Positions 19,373-29,535 of a DNA stretch of 64,000 nt are shown one piece after another; the first letter of the stretch is position 1, and every line of letters starts with the position of its first letter. The DNA is taken from assembly GCA_903821745.1 (NCBI GenBank), contig CAIJMI010000004.1:152404-216403 (forward strand), given 5' to 3'. Source of the DNA: Candidatus Gottesmanbacteria bacterium. GTDB lineage: Bacteria > Patescibacteriota > Microgenomatia > UBA10105 > UBA927. The position numbers were made by a program, and so were the translations under genes. A model generated the notes under the pieces. That model was not told the DNA's origin. It did no database searches and saw only the letters and a program-made list of their open reading frames with translations.

Positions 19373-21469
19373 TTAGGGTGCAGGAGTTGGAGTTGGTGTT
19401 GGTAACGCTTGACATCGTCCACCTCTAGGTTCAGTTCCTCGTATAAAATATTCTGGTCTACCAAAATAACAGGGGATGGACACTATGGTTTCACTCCGTT
19501 CAGGAATTTCGTCCTGTTTATCTTTAAGAATTTCAACCATAATATCATGCCAGATCGGCGCTGCACCAGTGATACCGGAGGAAAGGTATGGATTCATTGG
19601 TGTATTGTCATTATTTCCTACCCAAACAGTTGTAACGTACGAAGGAGTATATCCAATGGTCCAATTATCGCGCTTGTCATTGGTTGTACCGGTTTTTACG
19701 GACACTGTTTTTCCTGGAATAACGAGTTCTGAATTCGGTCCAAACGCGTTCGTTCTCGCAACATTATCGCTGAGAATATTTCCCATAATCCAAGAAACAT
19801 CTGGTTTTATTGCCTGTACCCCGAGTTGTGGGGAATTTCGTTCATACACTTTGCCGGTGTAGTCGGTTACTTCCAATATTGGAATGAGATCTTGCCGTAT
19901 GCCGTTATTTGCAAGTGTTCCGAATACTTTTGCCATATCAAGCATCGTGACATCTGCTCCGCCTAGAGTGATGGATAAACCGTAATTGGATGCATCGGCC
20001 CAGGATTCAATTCCCATTGCTTTTCCTTTCGAAAAAATTGCCGTAACGCCGAGTTTTGCTGCAAGTTTTACAGCAGGAATATTATAAGAATTTGCGAGTG
20101 CATAGCGAAGCGGTGTCGCCCCATGAAATTTTCCATCATAGTTAACAGGCATATATGCAGGGTTATTTGGAATGGTATATGAAACAGGTGAGTCATCAAG
20201 AATAGAAGCTGTGGTAAATCCGTTTTCAAGTGCAAGTGCATAGGTAACAACTTTAATGGAGGATCCAGGTTGACGAAGTGCTGTGGTGACATTAACATTG
20301 CCGTCATGTTCATTGTCAAAGTAGTTTTTGCTTCCAACCATTGCAAGGATTTCACCATTTTTAGGATTGGTAACAAGAGCTGCACCATTCCCAACTTGTA
20401 AATTAGAAAGAGCATCAACATTTGAAGTGACGATATCTTGGACTTTTTCTTGAAGCGTCACATCGAGAGATGTGATAACACGAAGACCTCCATGTTCCAC
20501 ACGTCTTGCACCATACCGTTTTTCCAATATGTCCTTAATATACATAACGAAATGCGGAGCACGTATAGAAACGTTTGGTGTAGCAAAATGAATGGTTTCT
20601 GTATATGCTACCTGCGCTTCATCTTTGGTAATATATCCATCTTCCACCATGCGTCGAAGTACTTCTGCCTGGCGGTCAAATGCCTTTTGAGGGTTTGCTC
20701 CAAAAGGAGAATAATCTGTTGGCGCGGCAGGAAGACCGGCAAGTAAGGCAATTTCACCAAGTGATAATTCAGACAGAGGTTTATTAAAGTATGTTTGACT
20801 TGCTGAATCTACGCCCCAAGCTGTACCCCCATATGGGACTTGGTTTAAATACATTTCGAGGATTTCATCTTTTGAATACATACGTTCAGCCCAGTACGCC
20901 AAAATAATTTCTTTAATTTTTCGAGTTATGGAGATTTCCGGCGAAAGGAGTGCTGATTTAATTAGTTGTTGGGTAATCGTGGAACCGCCTTGTATGTGAT
21001 GATTGAATAGTGTTTCTGTTGCAGCTCGGCTTATTCCTTTTAGCGAAAAACCATTGTGTTTATAAAAATCTCTATCTTCGATAGCGATGGTTGCTTGTCG
21101 AAGCCGTTTTGGGATTTGTGCGAGAGGAATGGGTGTTCGGTTTTGGTCTGCATAGATTTCATAGAGAAGCGCCCCATTTCTGTCGAGAATTTTTGTTGAC
21201 ACCTCGAGATCTCTTCTGGAAAGCATGGTTGGATTTGGAAGGCTTCGAAGCCATTGATAAGTGATATACGGAAGAAAAACACAAACAATCGTTATCAGCA
21301 TCCCTAAAAAAAAAGATTTCAAGCTAAAACTTGAAATATCCATTCGGGCACGCGTTAAAATACGGGCAATAGGTGTTTTCATGATGCAAAAAAAATTAGG
21401 AAACAAAGAACAAAGAGAAGAAATAAAGAGTTTAAAAGGATTTTTTTCGGGAGCGTGCAAACGGGCCAT
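19373..21469 (-). CDS. Class A penicillin-binding protein (transglycosylase plus transpeptidase)
   Basis: GT51 motifs (EDRDFYKHNG, GGSTITQQL), transpeptidase SxxK/SxN/KTGT (KTGTTND), C-terminal PTPTPTPAP tail. True start probably near 21382 (MKTPIARIL). Confidence 0.85.
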   Translation of the reverse strand: MARLHAPEKNPFKLFISSLCSLFPNFFCIMKTPIARILTRARMDISSFSLKSFFLGMLITIVCVFLPYITYQWLRSLPNPTMLSRRDLEVSTKILDRNGALLYEIYADQNRTPIPLAQIPKRLRQATIAIEDRDFYKHNGFSLKGISRAATETLFNHHIQGGSTITQQLIKSALLSPEISITRKIKEIILAYWAERMYSKDEILEMYLNQVPYGGTAWGVDSASQTYFNKPLSELSLGEIALLAGLPAAPTDYSPFGANPQKAFDRQAEVLRRMVEDGYITKDEAQVAYTETIHFATPNVSIRAPHFVMYIKDILEKRYGARRVEHGGLRVITSLDVTLQEKVQDIVTSNVDALSNLQVGNGAALVTNPKNGEILAMVGSKNYFDNEHDGNVNVTTALRQPGSSIKVVTYALALENGFTTASILDDSPVSYTIPNNPAYMPVNYDGKFHGATPLRYALANSYNIPAVKLAAKLGVTAIFSKGKAMGIESWADASNYGLSITLGGADVTMLDMAKVFGTLANNGIRQDLIPILEVTDYTGKVYERNSPQLGVQAIKPDVSWIMGNILSDNVARTNAFGPNSELVIPGKTVSVKTGTTNDKRDNWTIGYTPSYVTTVWVGNNDNTPMNPYLSSGITGAAPIWHDIMVEILKDKQDEIPERSETIVSIPCYFGRPEYFIRGTEPRGGRCQALPTPTPTPAP

Positions 21470-21534
21470 ATTATTCTTGAGTTATATCATAGGGGCAAAA
21501 AAAAACAAGAAGGTAATTTGAGTATCTTATAATA

Positions 21535-23928
21535 TTATTTTACGAAAACTGCTTTATTATCTGCGTGCTGACAGTCAATGCAATAGGTCGACATGGCATC
21601 TTTCAGTATTTGTTTTTCTTTTACCTCCGTGTTATCTGTAACTCCAGGAGCAGCCAAATCGCCGGTTGTCTTATCAAGAACAACAGCTTGTTTTAAATTT
21701 TCTCGTTCTGTTGGAACAGTACCTTTGATGAAATATTCAAATCGTGTTGCACAGCCTTTATCATCGCCATCTGAGTTTGGAGGAAGAAGCCCGGACGTTG
21801 TACAAATTTGTGCGCCAACAATCCCCTCTGGTTGCTTTGGCCATATATCTGATTTTCCAAGAAGTGCGCGTCGCATGAGTATATTCCAAATGGGCGCTGC
21901 TCCCGTGACCCCTGAAACAAGATAACGATTCATTGGCGAATTATCATTATTTCCAACCCACGTTGCAACGAGCATATTTGGCGTATACCCAATAGTCCAG
22001 TTGTCCCGCAAGTCATCAGTTGTTCCTGTTTTAACGGATACCGTATGTCCGGGGATAATAAGAGAGGAACTTGGGCCGAATGCATCTTGTCTGGCATTGT
22101 TATCAAGAAGAATATGGGAAATCAGAAATGTTGTTTCGGGAGATAAAACACGCGTTCCTTTTAACAAAAGTTGTGATGGGATGTCTTTGTCTAGATTTGG
22201 ATCTGTATATTCATCCAAGATTTTTCCATTTCGGTCTAACACTTTGCGGATAGCAACGAGATCTTTTTTGATGCCGCCGTTTGCAAAGACACCAAATGCT
22301 GTTGCCATATCGACCATTCGAACTTCGCCACCACCAAGAGTGAGGGACAGTCCATAATTATCCGGATTTTGTATCGTACTCAATCCAAATGCACTAGCTG
22401 ATGCAACCATATCCCGAACGGTATTGATATAGAGCATTTTAACAGCAGGAATATTATAGGAATTTCCAAGTGCGAATCGAAGTTGTACAGGTCCATGGAA
22501 TTTCCCGTCATAATTTTTGGGACAATACGCAGCCTGATTGGTAACCCCAAAACAAGTGGGAATATCAAGAAACATTGTTGCAGGAGTGACGAGTTTTCGT
22601 TCGATGCCGATGGCATAATTTATAGGTTTGATTGATGAGCCAGGTTGACGGAGCGCGGTGGTGACGTTAAATCCTCCTGAAGGCGTAGCAAAATAATCAA
22701 CCGATCCCACCATAGAAAGAATTTCTCCTGTAGCAGGATTGGTGATCAGTGCCGCACCATTGGTGACGTGCGTTGTTGCAAGGTCAACGACTTCTGCGGC
22801 AACGGTTGCTTGCGCATATTCCTGGAGATCCGCATCAAGTGTGGTGTAGACTTTTAATCCACCTCGTTCCACCATTTGTTCCCCATATTTTTCAACGAGT
22901 TGTTCTTTTACATACATAACAAAATGTGGGGCTTTAATATTGGTGGGTTTCGTAAAAACAAGTGGTGTGTTTACCGCTGACTCTTGTTGGTCTTTAGAAA
23001 TATATCCATCTTCCATCATTCGTCGAAGAACCTCTTTTTGCCGCTGGATTGCAAGATCAGGATTGTTCCCAAATGGAGAATACAATGTTGGTGCTTGGGG
23101 AAGTCCTGCAAGCAGAGCCGCTTCAGCAAGGGTCAGGTCTTTAACTGATTTCCCAAAATATTTTTCAGAAGCGGTACTTATACCCCATGCGGTCCCTCCA
23201 TAGGGAACTTGATTAAGATACATTTCAAGAATTTTGTCCTTGGAGTACGCGGTTTCTACCCAATAAGATAAAATAATCTCTTTTATTTTTCTGGTGATGG
23301 TCCGTTGCGGAGTTAACAGTGCTGATTTAACCAGTTGTTGGGTAATCGTAGATCCTCCTTGGAGTTGTTTTCCAAGAATAGTAGCTGAAATAGCACGAAG
23401 CATTCCACCAATGGGGTTAATGGCACCATGGTGATAAAAATCTTTGTCTTCAATGGAAATGGTTGCTTCCTGAACGTATTTTGGAATGTCAGAAAGCGGT
23501 ACTAGGGAACGGTTTTGATCAGTAAATATGTCAAATAATAATATGCCATTTCGGTCATAAATTTTGGTTGCAAGAGGAACGTCATACACGCCAAGTTTAG
23601 TTGGTGATGGGAGGTCTTTTAAGATTGTAAAATATCCGACCAAAATAAATGTGAGCGGAAGGAGCCAAAATGCATATGCACGATGGCACCAAAGAGTCCG
23701 GATAAATTTTTTAATCTGTGTCTTCATTGTCTTTCTATTATAATAGAAGAGACAAAAAAATGTGTATGGATACAGCAATGTGTGTTTCCTCTTGGGCGTT
23801 TCTTCCTGATAAACAGGAAAAACAGACCTATCTTGTTTCAGAATTTCAGTCTGAATTTTTTTCTTTTGTCTATGGCGCATCCTTAAACTATGGATATATT
23901 GCTGCAAAGGTCGCTGCAGATACAACAA
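21535..23928 (-). CDS. Class A penicillin-binding protein, second paralog
   Basis: EDKDFYHHG, GGSTITQQL, KTGTTDD; true start probably near 23727 (MKTQIKKF). Confidence 0.85.
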   Translation of the reverse strand: MLYLQRPLQQYIHSLRMRHRQKKKIQTEILKQDRSVFPVYQEETPKRKHTLLYPYTFFCLFYYNRKTMKTQIKKFIRTLWCHRAYAFWLLPLTFILVGYFTILKDLPSPTKLGVYDVPLATKIYDRNGILLFDIFTDQNRSLVPLSDIPKYVQEATISIEDKDFYHHGAINPIGGMLRAISATILGKQLQGGSTITQQLVKSALLTPQRTITRKIKEIILSYWVETAYSKDKILEMYLNQVPYGGTAWGISTASEKYFGKSVKDLTLAEAALLAGLPQAPTLYSPFGNNPDLAIQRQKEVLRRMMEDGYISKDQQESAVNTPLVFTKPTNIKAPHFVMYVKEQLVEKYGEQMVERGGLKVYTTLDADLQEYAQATVAAEVVDLATTHVTNGAALITNPATGEILSMVGSVDYFATPSGGFNVTTALRQPGSSIKPINYAIGIERKLVTPATMFLDIPTCFGVTNQAAYCPKNYDGKFHGPVQLRFALGNSYNIPAVKMLYINTVRDMVASASAFGLSTIQNPDNYGLSLTLGGGEVRMVDMATAFGVFANGGIKKDLVAIRKVLDRNGKILDEYTDPNLDKDIPSQLLLKGTRVLSPETTFLISHILLDNNARQDAFGPSSSLIIPGHTVSVKTGTTDDLRDNWTIGYTPNMLVATWVGNNDNSPMNRYLVSGVTGAAPIWNILMRRALLGKSDIWPKQPEGIVGAQICTTSGLLPPNSDGDDKGCATRFEYFIKGTVPTERENLKQAVVLDKTTGDLAAPGVTDNTEVKEKQILKDAMSTYCIDCQHADNKAVFVK

Positions 23929-24392
23929 TATGGGGATATCAAGAAATTCGACGTCGTCAGTGTTATTGGTTGGACAAGAAAAAATTAATGGAACGCATTA
24001 TTCGGACAACAAATATTTCCCTGTGGCAAAAACATAAAGATAAATTGTATCAAAAAGGATTATGGGTAGATGGAGTATGCTGTATTTTAGGAGAAAAAAC
24101 TGCATGGATTGGACTATTTGGTGAAGCAAGTGTTGTAGAAATTCGTAAAAGTGGTGAAGAACGGAGTATGGGAACAATTAATGAAGATGGAGAAAACTCA
24201 AGGAAAAAACTTGGAGCGGATCGATATAGTATTGATATACAAATTGCGTCGTTTCCTTTTGAACAAGGGGATACATTTCTCTTTGCGATTGGAAAAAGTG
24301 CATCATATTCAAATGAATTACTCCATTTACTTTTCCAAGAGAAGGAAATAAATAAAGAGGGAGATGGAGTATTTTTTCTAAAACACATATAG
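23760..24392 (+). CDS. Hypothetical protein (weak PP2C-like resemblance)
   Basis: No confident motif. Sits between the PBP pair and pgk. Start set at ATG 23760 rather than the overlapping upstream start. Confidence 0.3.
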   Translation: MCMDTAMCVSSWAFLPDKQEKQTYLVSEFQSEFFSFVYGASLNYGYIAAKVAADTTIWGYQEIRRRQCYWLDKKKLMERIIRTTNISLWQKHKDKLYQKGLWVDGVCCILGEKTAWIGLFGEASVVEIRKSGEERSMGTINEDGENSRKKLGADRYSIDIQIASFPFEQGDTFLFAIGKSASYSNELLHLLFQEKEINKEGDGVFFLKHI

Positions 24393-24402
24393 TAGTAGAT
24401 AT

Positions 24403-25434
24403 ATGACAGCAACAAATACACCTCATCTTCGTCCTATTTCAGAGATTTCTCCAAAAAGCACCGTGCTTCTCAGAATGGATCTGGATGTTCCGATGGAAAA
24501 TGAAAAAGTTGTTGATGCGGATAGACTCATAAAATCTATACCAACAATTCAGGAATTGCTTGAAAAGCAATGTAAAATTATTATTCTTGGTCATATGGGA
24601 AGGCCAAAAGGCATCGACCCAAAATACTCTCTCAAACCGGTATTTACCGAACTGCTTACTCTTTTAAAAACTGACGTTCCCGCAACTTTTGTTGAAGATG
24701 TGGAAAACGAATCGATAATCGAAGCAGCAATCAATGATAATACCTTGGTGTGTTTAGAAAATTTACGGTTTTATAAGGGGGAAGAAACAAATAATCCTCA
24801 ATTTTTGGTAAGTCTTGTTAAAAAAGCTTCCTGGTTTGTTAATGACGCATTTGCCGTTGCGCATCGGCGTCATAGCTCCATTATGCTTTTTCAAAGTATG
24901 CAAACAGCATACGGCATTGCATTTATCGACGAGGTGACAAAAATTATGAAAGTGATTCATGATCCAGGACGTCCATTAACCATTGTACTTGGCGGAGCAA
25001 AAGAAGATAAACTTTCATATCTTGAGGGGCTTGAGAAAATTGCCGACCATATTTTACTCGGTGGAAAATTACCAACATATCTGAAGGATAAAGAACTCCT
25101 ATTGCAACATGCCAAATATTGCATCGCGTCGTTGACAGCAAATACATTTGATATTAATGCCGACGACATTGCAGCATTTACTGCTATTCTTTCGGTGTCA
25201 AAAACGATTGTTTGGGCTGGTGCGATGGGGATGTTTGAAAATCCGGAATATCAAAAAGGAACAGTTGCAATAGCAAAAGCGGTCGTTGCAAGCGGTGCAT
25301 ATACGATACTTGCAGGAGGTGATACAGAAAGTTCAGTTTCAAATCTTGGAGAAGAAAAGAAAATTAATTTAATTGCATCTGGAGGAGGAGTAATGCTCGA
25401 ACTTCTTACCAAAGGAACACTTCCTGCTTGGTGA
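24403..25434 (+). CDS. pgk: Phosphoglycerate kinase
   Basis: RMDLDVP N-terminal motif and the C-terminal ASGGGVMLELL region. Confidence 0.85.
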   Translation: MTATNTPHLRPISEISPKSTVLLRMDLDVPMENEKVVDADRLIKSIPTIQELLEKQCKIIILGHMGRPKGIDPKYSLKPVFTELLTLLKTDVPATFVEDVENESIIEAAINDNTLVCLENLRFYKGEETNNPQFLVSLVKKASWFVNDAFAVAHRRHSSIMLFQSMQTAYGIAFIDEVTKIMKVIHDPGRPLTIVLGGAKEDKLSYLEGLEKIADHILLGGKLPTYLKDKELLLQHAKYCIASLTANTFDINADDIAAFTAILSVSKTIVWAGAMGMFENPEYQKGTVAIAKAVVASGAYTILAGGDTESSVSNLGEEKKINLIASGGGVMLELLTKGTLPAW

Positions 25435-25458
25435 GTTTTAGCGGTATACTAGAAATAT

Positions 25459-26499
25459 ATGAACAAAAAAGTACGCGTTGGTATTAATGGATTTGGAAGA
25501 ATTGGAACAGTGGTGCTTCGAGCAATTTTAAAAGAGCAATATGATGTAGAAGTAGCAGCTATTAATACCCGCGGAAATCTGGACGCAGAAGGGATTGCCA
25601 TGCAGTTCAAGTATGATTCTGTGTATGGCAGAATGCCAATGCATATTGGGTGGCATGAACCAACCAAAGCGTCTGAAATTGGAATTTTGGAAATAGGATC
25701 AACAGAAATTCCACTTCTTGGCCAAGAAGATCCAATAAAAATTGCGTGGGGTGAGTATGGCGTTGATGTCGTACTAGAATGTACGGGAAAATTTACGGAC
25801 GGAAAAGCAATGGGGCATATGCAGGGAGGAGCAAAAAAAGTTATCATTTCTGCTCCTTGTAAAGATGCACATATCCCAACCTATATATTAGGAGTGAATG
25901 AAGATGACTATCACGGAGAAGCCCTTATTTCTAATGGTTCTTGTACAACAAATTGTGTTGCCCCAATTGTGAAGCTCATTGATGAAAAAATCGGATTTCA
26001 GGAAGGAGTATTAACAACGATTCATGCATATACAACAAATCAGAATATTGTGGATGGAACTGGGAAAGACCCGCGACGAGCACGAGCTGGAGCGGTAAAC
26101 ATTGTGCCAACGGCAACAGGAGCAGCAGAGGCAGTCGTTGCTGCATATCCAAAAGTGAAAGGGAGATTTGCAGGATCTGCAATTCGCGTCCCGGTTATCT
26201 GTGGATCCTATTCAGATTTGACATTTAAAATGATTCGAAAAACAACGATTGATGAAGTGAATGCGATTTTTGAAGAAGCATGTATGTCTCCAAAGCTTGT
26301 CGGAAAAATGAAAATTTCCTATGACGCACTCGTATCGTCGGACATCATTGGAGATAACGCATCTTGTGTAGTAGATTCACGAATGACCAAGGTGATATCA
26401 GATGATATGATTTCAATAGGAGCGTGGTATGACAATGAGTATGGATATTCCTGCAGGTTAGTGGAACTTGCTATGTTTATCCATGACTTCAATTCATAA
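25459..26499 (+). CDS. gap: Glyceraldehyde-3-phosphate dehydrogenase
   Basis: INGFGRIG NAD-binding motif and SNGSCTTNC active-site region. Confidence 0.92.
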   Translation: MNKKVRVGINGFGRIGTVVLRAILKEQYDVEVAAINTRGNLDAEGIAMQFKYDSVYGRMPMHIGWHEPTKASEIGILEIGSTEIPLLGQEDPIKIAWGEYGVDVVLECTGKFTDGKAMGHMQGGAKKVIISAPCKDAHIPTYILGVNEDDYHGEALISNGSCTTNCVAPIVKLIDEKIGFQEGVLTTIHAYTTNQNIVDGTGKDPRRARAGAVNIVPTATGAAEAVVAAYPKVKGRFAGSAIRVPVICGSYSDLTFKMIRKTTIDEVNAIFEEACMSPKLVGKMKISYDALVSSDIIGDNASCVVDSRMTKVISDDMISIGAWYDNEYGYSCRLVELAMFIHDFNS

Positions 26500-27067
26500 A
26501 GTATTTTCTGACAAAGCGAATTTGGTCATCTGTATATCCTAAACTGGAAAGTAGTTCTTGGATCTCGGATTTTGATTTTCCTTCACTTTGCATACTTTTT
26601 GTTATGCTCATGATCATTTCCGTTGGTTCATACGGAAACAAAATCCATTTTGTGGTATTTTGTGCAAAAAAATCCGGTCGAAATGTGGAATGCGGTTTAA
26701 AAAACATCGTCACTACTTTAATACTTGCTGGTTTAAACCGTTTAAGATATTTTGTTGCCCGGATGAGCGTTTTTCCGGAATCCGCAACATCATCAACAAG
26801 AAGCACATGTTTTCCATTAATACGTGTTTTTAGCGGTTCCGTAATAGTCAGCTCTCCCTGAGTCTTAATGTCGGTATAACTTTGAATGGTAAAGGTCGCA
26901 ACAGGAATTCGAAGAAAATCAGATAAAATATGACCAAGCGTTAATCCGCCACGGGATATGGCTACGATCTGGTTCACTTCAGCATTATGTTGCAGAATGG
27001 TTGCAGCAATCTTTCTTGCTAAATCATGATATGTTATCCAGGTAAGGGGAAGGTATTGTATATTCAT
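26489..27067 (-). CDS. Purine phosphoribosyltransferase (HPRT-like) with C-terminal extension
   Basis: PRPP-binding motif VLLVDDVADSGKTL; convergent 11-nt overlap with the gap stop. Confidence 0.7.
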   Translation of the reverse strand: MNIQYLPLTWITYHDLARKIAATILQHNAEVNQIVAISRGGLTLGHILSDFLRIPVATFTIQSYTDIKTQGELTITEPLKTRINGKHVLLVDDVADSGKTLIRATKYLKRFKPASIKVVTMFFKPHSTFRPDFFAQNTTKWILFPYEPTEMIMSITKSMQSEGKSKSEIQELLSSLGYTDDQIRFVRKYFMN

Positions 27068-27097
27068 ACTCCCAAGTATCTCGCATAGGCTTGACGG

Positions 27098-27739
27098 TTG
27101 TCAATTGCGTTCTATAATAGTGACATGAATACCTCAAACAGTTTAGCAAAACTTAAATATTCAAGCATTGCCATTTCCGGTAGGCCGGGAGCGGGAAGAT
27201 CAACACTCCTTAAAAATTTAAAAGGCATCGTGGAGCCTTTGGGTTGGGAAACGTTTTCCGGCGGTGATTGGGCAAGAAAATTTGCAATTGAAACGGGAAA
27301 ACACGACGCAAAAGACCAAACACATCATAAAGCAACGGATTATGGAGATGAAGTTGATCATCAAATCGATGCAGCAATGCGAGAAAAATTAACAAATCCT
27401 GATACACACGTTGCGGTTGAATCCTGGATTGCAGGATGGAATATGCGCAAGCTTCCACATGTGTTAAAAGTATTATTGATGGTTGACGATTCTCTTCGTA
27501 TTGATCGGGTGGTAAACCGCGATAATTTATCAGTTGAAGAAGCAAAGAAACATTTACGGGAACGGGAAGAAGCAAATTTGGAAAAATGGAAACGCATGTA
27601 TGGAGTGACCGATTTTTGGGATCCAAAATATTATGATCTTATTATTAATACGTATTCTCATGGACCGAAAGAAACGCTCGATCTTGTTCTTCAGGCACTC
27701 GGATACTTCAAAGCCAATGGGCAGCCGAAGGAAGGATAA
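27098..27739 (+). CDS. P-loop kinase, cytidylate kinase-like
   Basis: Walker A ISGRPGAGRSTL; size and layout of an archaeal-type CMP kinase. Confidence 0.55.
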   Translation: MSIAFYNSDMNTSNSLAKLKYSSIAISGRPGAGRSTLLKNLKGIVEPLGWETFSGGDWARKFAIETGKHDAKDQTHHKATDYGDEVDHQIDAAMREKLTNPDTHVAVESWIAGWNMRKLPHVLKVLLMVDDSLRIDRVVNRDNLSVEEAKKHLREREEANLEKWKRMYGVTDFWDPKYYDLIINTYSHGPKETLDLVLQALGYFKANGQPKEG

Positions 27740-27742
27740 CAC

Positions 27743-28318
27743 ATGATTCCAACAGTGGCACAAGCAAAAGCACTATGGCAAACATATCATCTGCCAATAA
27801 CTAAACAACACCACAGTTTACTTGTTGCACTTGTTTCCCGCACATTTGCCGTGTACCTTGAACGGTATACAGACATCCGAATACAAAAAGACCTCTTATT
27901 TGTTGGTGCGCTCCTTCATGATATCGATAAAAAAATGCCGAATCTTCCGGGAGAAACGCATCCTGATGTTGTCGTTCGTGTACTGAGTGATCTTGGATAC
28001 AAGGAAGTAGCAGTACTTGTGAAAACACATCCGTTACACGCGATTCTTGATGAGCAAATTGCACCAAAAGAATGGGAGGAAAAATTATTATTCTTGGCAG
28101 ACAAGATGACTAAATATGACGTGATAACTGTTGATGAGCGGTTTAGACTTTGGAATGATGAATATCTTCCTATCAAAGATCAACGGATACTTGACGCAGC
28201 GTATCCAAAAGTAAAACGGTTAGAACAAGAAGTATTTCATCTTGCACACCTTACATCTGAAGAAGTGATAAAAATTGTTAAAAACGATATACTACACCAA
28301 GAGGGGGACATACTATGA
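27743..28318 (+). CDS. HD-domain phosphohydrolase
   Basis: H...HDIDK metal-binding motif; 4 nt after the kinase gene. Confidence 0.7.
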   Translation: MIPTVAQAKALWQTYHLPITKQHHSLLVALVSRTFAVYLERYTDIRIQKDLLFVGALLHDIDKKMPNLPGETHPDVVVRVLSDLGYKEVAVLVKTHPLHAILDEQIAPKEWEEKLLFLADKMTKYDVITVDERFRLWNDEYLPIKDQRILDAAYPKVKRLEQEVFHLAHLTSEEVIKIVKNDILHQEGDIL

Positions 28319-28869
28319 AACAACGAATACTTTTTGTGTGTTCTATTTGTCTATTTCTTTTTGCAGGGTTTTGGCACACGGTCGTTGCAGTAAATAGCCC
28401 CGCAGTAGTGACAGCTTCTATGCCAGTAGTAAAAATTGAATATGCGCTCCCGTATCCTGGTATTCTACCTGATCATCCCTTATATATAGTGAAACGTCTT
28501 CGGGATTATATTTTGGAACGCGTTATTGTGGAACCGGTGCGAAAAGGAGAATTCTATATTCTGCAAGGGGATAAACGATTGCAAATGGGTATGACACTGA
28601 TTGATACGGGAAAGTTTTCCATTGGAGAAAGCACCATTTCCAAAGCAGAAAAATACATGGAACAGTCAGTAACGGTTTTAGTATCCTATCAGGTAACCAA
28701 ATCGATGGTTCCAACAAATATTGCTGATAGACTGAAGATTTCACTTTCGAAACACGAAGAGGTAATTACCGCGATGTTGACAAAAGTGCCAGATGCACAG
28801 AAAAATGGGTTAACAGAATCATTAACACGGGTAAAACAACTTCAAGAAGAAGCAAAAAAGTTACGGTAA
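28315..28869 (+). CDS. Secreted hypothetical protein
   Basis: Signal peptide; C-terminal coiled coil. Confidence 0.4.
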   Translation: MKQRILFVCSICLFLFAGFWHTVVAVNSPAVVTASMPVVKIEYALPYPGILPDHPLYIVKRLRDYILERVIVEPVRKGEFYILQGDKRLQMGMTLIDTGKFSIGESTISKAEKYMEQSVTVLVSYQVTKSMVPTNIADRLKISLSKHEEVITAMLTKVPDAQKNGLTESLTRVKQLQEEAKKLR

Positions 28870-28997
28870 TGCGATAAGGTTCACAGATTGAACACATCAA
28901 AGAGGTTTATCCCCGATATATTCCGTACTATTTCCTCATGGGTATGAGTTTACGGCTAGGAAAAAATATTGACTGGTTCTGATATAGAAAATCTCTC

Positions 28998-29026
28998 TTG
29001 ACCCCCTGTAATTAGTGTTTTACTAT
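28998..29026 (+). promoter_or_regulatory. Sigma-70-like promoter of the nrdR-nrdJ operon (TTGACC, 17 nt, TACTAT)
   Basis: -35 at 28998-29003 and -10 at 29021-29026. Confidence 0.45.
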
Positions 29027-29034
29027 CATTGAGT

Positions 29035-29050
29035 CCACCATATATAGCGT
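29035..29050 (+). promoter_or_regulatory. Candidate NrdR box (operator)
   Basis: CCACCATATATAGCGT matches 13 of 16 positions of the NrdR-box palindrome acaCwAtATaTwGtgt as I recall it. It lies just downstream of the -10 and upstream of the nrdR start. Confidence 0.45.
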
Positions 29051-29064
29051 TTTGTTTTTCACAT

Positions 29065-29511
29065 ATGAAATGTCCGTATTGCGATTCAAAAGATACTGAA
29101 GTACTTGAGACACGTGATAGCGAAGATCTTACCGTAACCCGTCGTCGTCGTAACTGCCCGAAATGTGAAAAACGGTTCACCACCTATGAACGGGTTGAGC
29201 ACGTTCCAATTACTGTCATTAAAAAAGATAACAGACGGGAAACATTTGACCGGGAAAAGTTAAGTCGCGGTATTTGGCGCGCAAGTGGAAAAACAACACT
29301 GTCAGCTGCCGACGTTGCAAGAGTCGTTGATGAAGTAGAACGGGAAATAATCAGCGGTGATACAAATGAAGTGACAAGTAATACAATAGGAATCCTGGTT
29401 GCAAAACGATTAAAAAAATTAGATAAAATTGCATACATTCGATTTTCGAGCGTATTTAAGCAATTTGTCGATATCGAAGACTTGGCAAAGGAAGTAAAAA
29501 AAATTTCTTAA
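29065..29511 (+). CDS. nrdR: Transcriptional repressor NrdR
   Basis: MKCPYC...CPKC zinc ribbon plus an ATP-cone domain. Start at ATG 29065, not the upstream extension. Confidence 0.9.
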   Translation: MKCPYCDSKDTEVLETRDSEDLTVTRRRRNCPKCEKRFTTYERVEHVPITVIKKDNRRETFDREKLSRGIWRASGKTTLSAADVARVVDEVEREIISGDTNEVTSNTIGILVAKRLKKLDKIAYIRFSSVFKQFVDIEDLAKEVKKIS

Positions 29512-29535
29512 ATAAATTTAAGGAGGTGTTTCTTT

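Noticed and set aside
23718-23928. A 210-nt overlap between the PBP paralog start and the downstream plus-strand ORF
   Set aside because: Both ORFs are over-extended. Internal starts (PBP about 23727, plus-strand ORF 23760) remove the overlap, leaving a short divergent spacer.
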